A stretch of 64,000 nt of DNA, from contig CM000153.2 in NCBI GenBank assembly GCA_000004695.1, positions 3,136,001-3,200,000 on the forward strand. The letters are read 5' to 3'. Shown piece by piece: positions 58,807-64,000 of the stretch. The DNA comes from Dictyostelium discoideum (lineage: Eukaryota). Both the position numbers and the translations under genes were made by a program. The notes under the pieces are model-generated. The model made no database searches. It saw only the letters and a program-made list of their open reading frames with translations, and was not told the DNA's origin. Position 1 is the first letter of the stretch. Every line of letters begins with the position of its first letter.

Positions 58807-61134
58807 ATGTCACATGAAGATAGAGGTGGTGACTACTATCCAATGATGGACGATCCAGAGGATAGAAATTTTATACAAGCAAAATATCCAAACTCAACAG
58901 GTCATATGTCAAGTGGTGGTGGTAGTAATCATATGTCATTTGATGATAACCATGGTATAGAAATGTTAAGAGATGATGAACATTCTCTTTTACATGAATC
59001 ACCTGTGTCAATTCCAGCAATTCACAATTTAGATAGTTTTTTAACAGATGTTTACAATTATTTTCGTGGTAAAGGTTTTATGTGTATATTTTTTAATGAC
59101 CTTTTCGAATTAGTGTATGTATATATATATATATAAAAATAGTTAAAATAAAAAATACTAATTATTATTATTTTTTAGTTCATCATTATTTGTTGTTTTA
59201 TTTTTCACATTTTTAGTATGTTTTGTAGATTATAGTAAATTATTTTCAGAGCAGATGCCTCCACCAGCATTAAGAGAGTCTGTCAATTTTTCAGCACCAA
59301 TACCAATTTGGTTAATGGTATTTTTAGTGATATTTTCATTATATTGGTTAAGTAAATTATTTTCATTCTTTTCTAGTATTAAAACCAATTGGGAAATTAG
59401 TAGTTTTTATAAAAACACTTTAAAGATTAATGAAGATGATATTCAAACAATAGAATGGAGAGAAGTTGTTTCAAAGATCGTTTTAGTACCAAGACTATGC
59501 ATTGTCAAGGAGAATATGAACGCTTTAGATATTGCAAATAGAATTATGAGAAAAGAAAACTATATAATTGGTTTAATCAATCAAAGAATTTTAAATTTAT
59601 CAATACCTTTCCCATTCCTTAGAAATTTAACTTTTATAACTAAAACTTTAGAATGGAGTTTAATGTATTCTTTATTTAATTATATTTTTGATGAAAATGG
59701 TATTATTAAAAGTGAATTTCAAGATCCAACTCAAAGAAAAAGATTATCAAGAGGGTAAATTAATTATAAAAAAAAAAAAAAAAATTAAATTATTTTAAAT
59801 TCTAATTTTATTTTAATTTTTTATTTTAGATTATCACGTAGATTTATGACAATTGGTATATTAGGTTTATTTACAACACCATTTATATTCTTTTTCTTAT
59901 TAATAAACTTTTTCTTTGAATATGCTGAAGAATTAAAGAATAGACCAGGTTCATTATTTAGTAGAGAATGGTCACCTTTGGCACGTTGGGAATTTAGAGA
60001 ATTAAATGAGTTACCTCATTATTTTCAAAATAGATTAAATCTTAGTTACTCTCATGCTAATCAATATGTTGAGAGTTTTCCATCACAAATGTTATCAACA
60101 ATTGCAAAATTCATTAGTTTCTTATTTGGTTCAGTTTTGGCAGTTTTCATTGTTTTGGGTATTGTCAGTGATCACTTTATAATGAATTATCAAATCTTTG
60201 ATAGAACCCCAATTTGGTATATTGGTATTTTAGGTACAATCGTTGCAATTACTCGTTCATTGATTGTTGATGAGAATCAAGTTTTTCAACCAGCTAAACA
60301 TATGGCAAGAACTGTTCAAAACACTCATTATCTTCCAATGAGTTGGGTCGGTAAAACTCATACTCATAAGGTACGTGACGAATTTTTGGTACTCTTTGAA
60401 TATAGAATCGTTGATTTCGTTAGGGATATCTTTTCAGTTCTCTTTACACCATTCATTTTAATATTTTCTTTACCAAAATCTTCACAAGCCATCATTGACT
60501 TTTTTGGAAACAATACAGTGGTTTTAGAAGGTGTTGGTCCAATTTGTCAATTGGGTGATTTTTCAAACATTAGAAAATTGGGTGATAATTCATTTGGTTC
60601 ATTAAATCATTCTCAAAATAAAATTAGTTTAACAAATAATGCAAAATTAGAGAAATCAATTATAAACTTTAAATGTTTAAATCCAGAATGGAATACTGAT
60701 AATAATGAATTACTTCAAAATCTTAATGAATTTTCAAAGATAAAGAATAATAATAATAATAATAATAATAATGGTAGCAATAATCATATTGGTAATCATT
60801 CTCAACTTCCAACAACTTCAGTAGATGATTTCCAATTTATTCATGATAGTCATTATATTCCTCATGAAATTATTGATGCCGTTTTGGGTACACATCATCA
60901 TTCTCAACAATCCAATAACAATGCTCCAAGATTTAAAACTGGAAGAGTCGACCAAAATATTTTAAACGCTGTCAACGATGTAAGTTTAACTTTTTTAAAA
61001 AAAAATTAACAAAATTATATATATAATAAATATTTATTAACTTTTTTTTTTTTTTTTTTTTTTTATAGCTCCATCAATCATTTTATGAATCCCAATATAA
61101 ACATAAAAATGATAACTTTGTAAATTCAATTTAG
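58807..61134 (+). CDS. atg9: Autophagy-related protein 9 (Atg9; lipid scramblase), about 674 aa. Four exons: 58807..59112, 59252..59754, 59830..60979 and 61069..61134. Introns: GTGTAT..CAGAG, GTAAAT..TTTTAG, GTAAGT..TTTATAG.
   Basis: Atg9 core: LDSFLTDVYNYFRGKGFMCIFFNDLFEL | QMPPPALRESVNFSAPIPIWLMVFLVIFSLYWL...EWREVVSKIVLV...DIANRIMRKENYIIGLINQRILNLSIPFPFLRNLTFITKTLEWSLMYSLFNYIFDENGIIKSEF.DPTQRKRLSRG | LSRRFMTIGILGLFTTPFIFFFLLINFFFEYAEELKNRPGSLFSREWSPLARWEFRELNELPHYFQNRLNLSY...YLPMSWVGKTHTHKVRDEFLVLFEYRIVDFVRDIFSVLFTPFILIFSLPKSSQAIIDFFGNNTV. Compare human ATG9A HRILRFQNYMVALVNKSLLPLRF and RDEFAQLFQYKAVFILEELLSPIVTPLILIF. The last 22-codon exon (LHQSFYESQYKHKNDNFVNSI*) is predicted from splice signals only. 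Confidence 0.85.
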
Positions 61135-61398
61135 ATTAATAAATAATATATAAAAACATTTATAATTACTTTCAGATTATTTAAAAAAAAAAAAATTATT
61201 TCATTTTATTCATTTCCATGTTTTTTCGTTAATATTAATGGAATTTTATTATCTCTTTTATTAATATTATTATTATTTAATACGATTATAATATTACAAT
61301 AAAAAAAAAAAAAATACTACTTTATTAAATGTTTTTTTTTTTTTTTGTTTTATTTGGTTTTTTTTTTTTTTTTTATTTTTTATTTTTTATTTGTATTA

Positions 61399-62752
61399 TT
61401 ATAATATTTTTGCTGTAACATCATTGTCAAGATCAGGTTCCATTAATAAAGAAAATTCTTTCGCTAATTTTAATTCACCTCCAACAGATTCATCGAAATT
61501 GTATTGCATATAAAGACTATCAGCTGTTAAAACCATGGCAGTTTTATTATTTTGCATTAGAGCACAAATACTTGGAATACCGGGTGGAATTTTAATGTGT
61601 GCAAAATCTCTTGATGGTTCCCAAACTTGACTAATTACTTCTGGTAAATAAGAACTCATTTTTGAAGTTAATCCACCAAAATTTAAACCCATCATACCTC
61701 CACTCGGTGATGAGGATGGTTGTGCTTGATGAAAAGATGAAGAATTTGAAGAACTGAAATCAATTTTAAATATATGAATTGTACCAGTATCACTCGAAAC
61801 GCACAAATATCTACCATCCAAACTAAATGTCATACTATGAATGATTGCAGGTATTGAACCACGTCTAAATGATAATGATTTATTGGCATAAGGTAAGGCA
61901 AATACACGAATAACCGTACCTTTATCACTTGCTGTTGCCAATAATGTACCATCCTGACTTAATGCTAATGCTGAAATTTGACTCTTATGCGCTTGAATTA
62001 AATTTACTGTCTCTAATGTTAATACATCCATCACTAAAATATTACCATTGTTTTGACTCGCTGGATAAACTATATAATTGGTATTTGAGGGTGATAATGC
62101 ACATAATCCTTTTGGATTTGATGCTATCTCTCTTGTCTCTAATAATTTCATATTATTTATATCATAAATATGTATTTTTGTTTCCATAATAACTACAATT
62201 CTAAATTATTATTATTATTATTATTATTATTATTTATTATTATTACTACTATTAATAATTGTTTGAACCTCTAATTATAATAAATTTAACACCTATCTAT
62301 TTATTTATTTTACAATACCTTTTTCTATTCATTTTTACTGATAAAATCGCTGTTACAAAATTTAAATCGCAAATTGGAATATTATTTTTTATATTATTAA
62401 TTAATAACCTTCTTTGTGATGTATTTCCATCACCTGATCCAACAATTGATACTAAACTAGTTGAAAATAACATTTCAACCAATCCTGCTCCACCATTTGC
62501 TATAAATTATTCAATAATAATTGTTTTTTTTTTTTTTTTTTTTTATACTTTGTTAGAATCTTTTTACTTTTTTTAAAAAAAATAAAATAATATTGCTATT
62601 TACATATTTTACCTACATTGACTATAATATAATGTATATGGATCAGAATTGAAAATTTTATAACCTTCTGGTGTACCAACTGCAATACAACTAAAATCTT
62701 GATTAAAATTTAAAAATAATATACCTTCATTGAATTTACCTCCAACATTCAT
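61399..62752 (-). CDS. WIPI/PROPPIN beta-propeller protein of the WDR45 / WDR45B (WIPI4/WIPI3) type, about 370 aa. Three exons: 62617..62752 (ATG at 62752), 62314..62499 and 61399..62192. Introns are 62500..62616 (GTAGGT..TTTATAG) and 62193..62313 (GTAAAA..TTGTAG).
   Basis: Joined protein: MNVGGKFNEGILFLNFNQDFSCIAVGTPEGYKIFNSDPYTLYYSQ-S-NGGAGLVEMLFSTSLVSIVGSGDG..RRLLINNIKNNIPICDLNFVTAILSVKMNRKRY-F-IMETKIHIYDINNMKLLETREIASNPKGLCALS...LATASDKGTVIRVFALPYANKSLSFRRGS (the FRRG phosphoinositide-binding motif). The C-terminus is ..SLYMQYNFDESVGGELKLAKEFSLL. This is collinear with WIPI proteins (LNRQRLIV.LEESLYIHNIRDMKVLHTI; LATASEKGTVIRVFSIP..LFEFRRG). Confidence 0.85.
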
Positions 62753-63244
62753 TTTTTGTGTGCGTTTTTATAAAAAAAAAAAAAAAATAAAAAATAAAAA
62801 ATAAAAAATAAAAAAAAAATAAAAAGATTTTTATGGTATTTGATTAAAAAAAAAATAAAAAAAAAAAGAAATGTAAAAAAAAAAAAAGATTAATTATATA
62901 ATTAATAAACTGTTTAATCAGATTACCATATGTTTTTTTTTTTTCTTTGATTTTTTTTTTTTTTTTTTTTTCTTTTGTTTCTTTTTTTAGTATTAAATTT
63001 TTAAAATTGTATAATATATGTAATAGTAATAAATTAATAATATACTATATATATTGGTAATAAAATAGATAATATAAATATTTAAAAAAAAAAAAAAAGG
63101 GTGTATTTAAAATGAAAAATTTTTTAAATTAATTTGTTTTTTTATTTATTTTTTTAATTTTATTTTTTAAATTAATTTTTTTTTTTTTTTATTTAAAAAT
63201 TTAAAATTGTATAATTTTTGGAAATTTGGAAATTTTCATACCTT

Positions 63245-63275
<31 letters not shown>

Positions 63276-63347
63276 TTAAAATAAATTAAAATTTTTTAAT
63301 TTTTTTTTAAAAAAAAAAAAAAAAAACCAGTCTAAATTATTAAGATA

Positions 63348-64000
63348 ATGAATATAGACTCGACTTCATTAAATAATAATAATAATAATAATAGTAACAA
63401 TAATTGTAGTAATAGTAAAAACAGTAATAGTTTAGATATTGAAATATACCCAAACATAAATAGACTTCATCGATATAATAGAAATGACTCTATTTATAAT
63501 AAGATAAATAGTGAAAGAAATAACACTCTGTTAAAACAAAAATGCATTTATTTTCAGGACGAAAAGAATAAAACAAATCCAACAACAACAACAACAACAA
63601 CAACTGCTACTACTACTACTACTACTACAACAGCAACTAGAATAGCGGCAGATAACAATAATGAAGAACTTATAAATACCAATATAAAATCAAAGATTAA
63701 ACACATATGTACATGTCCAATCGAATTCGATAATTTAGTAGATTATGAAAATCATTATCATAGTATACATAAGAATTTTTGCACAATTTGTAAAAAGAAA
63801 TCATATCCTACCTATAAACTATTAGAATGTCATATTTTAGAAACTCATGACAAATTATTTGAAACTTTATGTTTAAAAAAAAAAATGGTAATTATTTTGA
63901 TTATTGTTATTGTTATTATTATTACTAATCTATTTTTTTATTTTTTTTTTTTTTTTTCATTTAAAATAAAAACAAAACTCAGTTTGAGTGTTTTGTATGT
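63348..64000 (+). CDS. C2H2 zinc-finger protein (ZNF511-like), 5' exon only. 63348..63887 is followed by a GTAATT donor, and the gene continues beyond the window end.
   Basis: [24 protein letters not shown]... followed by HICTCPIEFDNLVDYENHYHSIHKNFCTICKKKSYPTYKLLECHILETHDKLFETLCLKKKM|GTAATT. This is a pair of C2H2-like units with the ZNF511-type 'FQAL/FETL' tail. It is absent from the ORF track because the frame is open to the window edge. Confidence 0.5.
   Translation, partial: MNIDSTSLNNNNNNNSNNNCSNSKNSNSLDIEIYPNINRLHRYNRNDSIYNKINSERNNTLLKQKCIYFQDEKNKTNPTTTTTTTTATTTTTTTTATRIAADNNNEELINTNIKSKIKHICTCPIEFDNLVDYENHYHSIHKNFCTICKKKSYPTYKLLECHILETHDKLFETLCLKKKMVIILIIVIVIIITNLFFYFFFFFSFKIKTKLSLSVLY

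Overview
The window appears to be a gene-dense nuclear segment from a Dictyostelium-type social amoeba; the organism assignment is an inference from the sequence. Evidence for that: about 75-80% A+T overall, nearly pure A/T intergenic spacers with long homopolymers, coding regions full of (AAT)n and (CAA)n microsatellites encoding poly-N and poly-Q, strong TTA/AAT/AAA codon bias, and short AT-rich introns with GTAAGT/GTATGT donors and T-rich ...AG acceptors. There is no prokaryotic-style content (no operons, CRISPR arrays or tRNA/rRNA genes).

I resolve about 24 protein-coding loci and 2 pseudogenised copies. On the minus strand: APC1 (partial, runs off the window start, one intron); snRNP Sm D2 (3 exons); a purple acid phosphatase; a hypothetical 478-aa protein; checkpoint protein Hus1 (2 exons); a PUF60-type splicing factor with an N-terminal RS domain (4 exons); a nucleoplasmin-like FKBP; a small 4-TM protein (3 exons); an Aly/REF export factor (2 exons) with a second Aly/REF-like paralog immediately upstream; a vWA-like protein (2 exons); GNL1 GTPase; a large two-cluster membrane protein (at least 2 exons, 5' end unresolved); and a WIPI/WDR45-type PROPPIN (3 exons). 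On the plus strand: histone H1; NADH-cytochrome b5 reductase; a protein with three tandem 'M.YDP....WKGN' repeats (2 exons); a low-complexity hypothetical; an NPSN-type SNARE (2 exons); a multi-Myb-repeat protein; an F-box/ankyrin/TRAF-zinc-finger protein (4 exons); Atg9 (4 exons); and a ZNF511-like C2H2 protein running off the window end.

The ORF track only reports ORFs that begin with an (alternative) start codon, and it omits ORFs open at the window edge. Several real exons (APC1 exon 2, Sm D2, Aly/REF exon 2) are therefore absent from it and were found by direct reading.

The most interesting structures are listed below.
- An Aly/REF mini-family: two tandem paralogs plus a truncated copy with an in-frame stop.
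- An RS-domain/PUF60 fusion whose first intron is unusually long and contains a 7-unit tandem repeat.
- An NPSN SNARE followed by a decayed tandem paralog.
- A convergent Atg9/WIPI autophagy gene pair.
- A candidate Byr4/Bfa1-like repeat protein.

All coordinates are hand-counted and may be off by 1-2 nt at some splice junctions.
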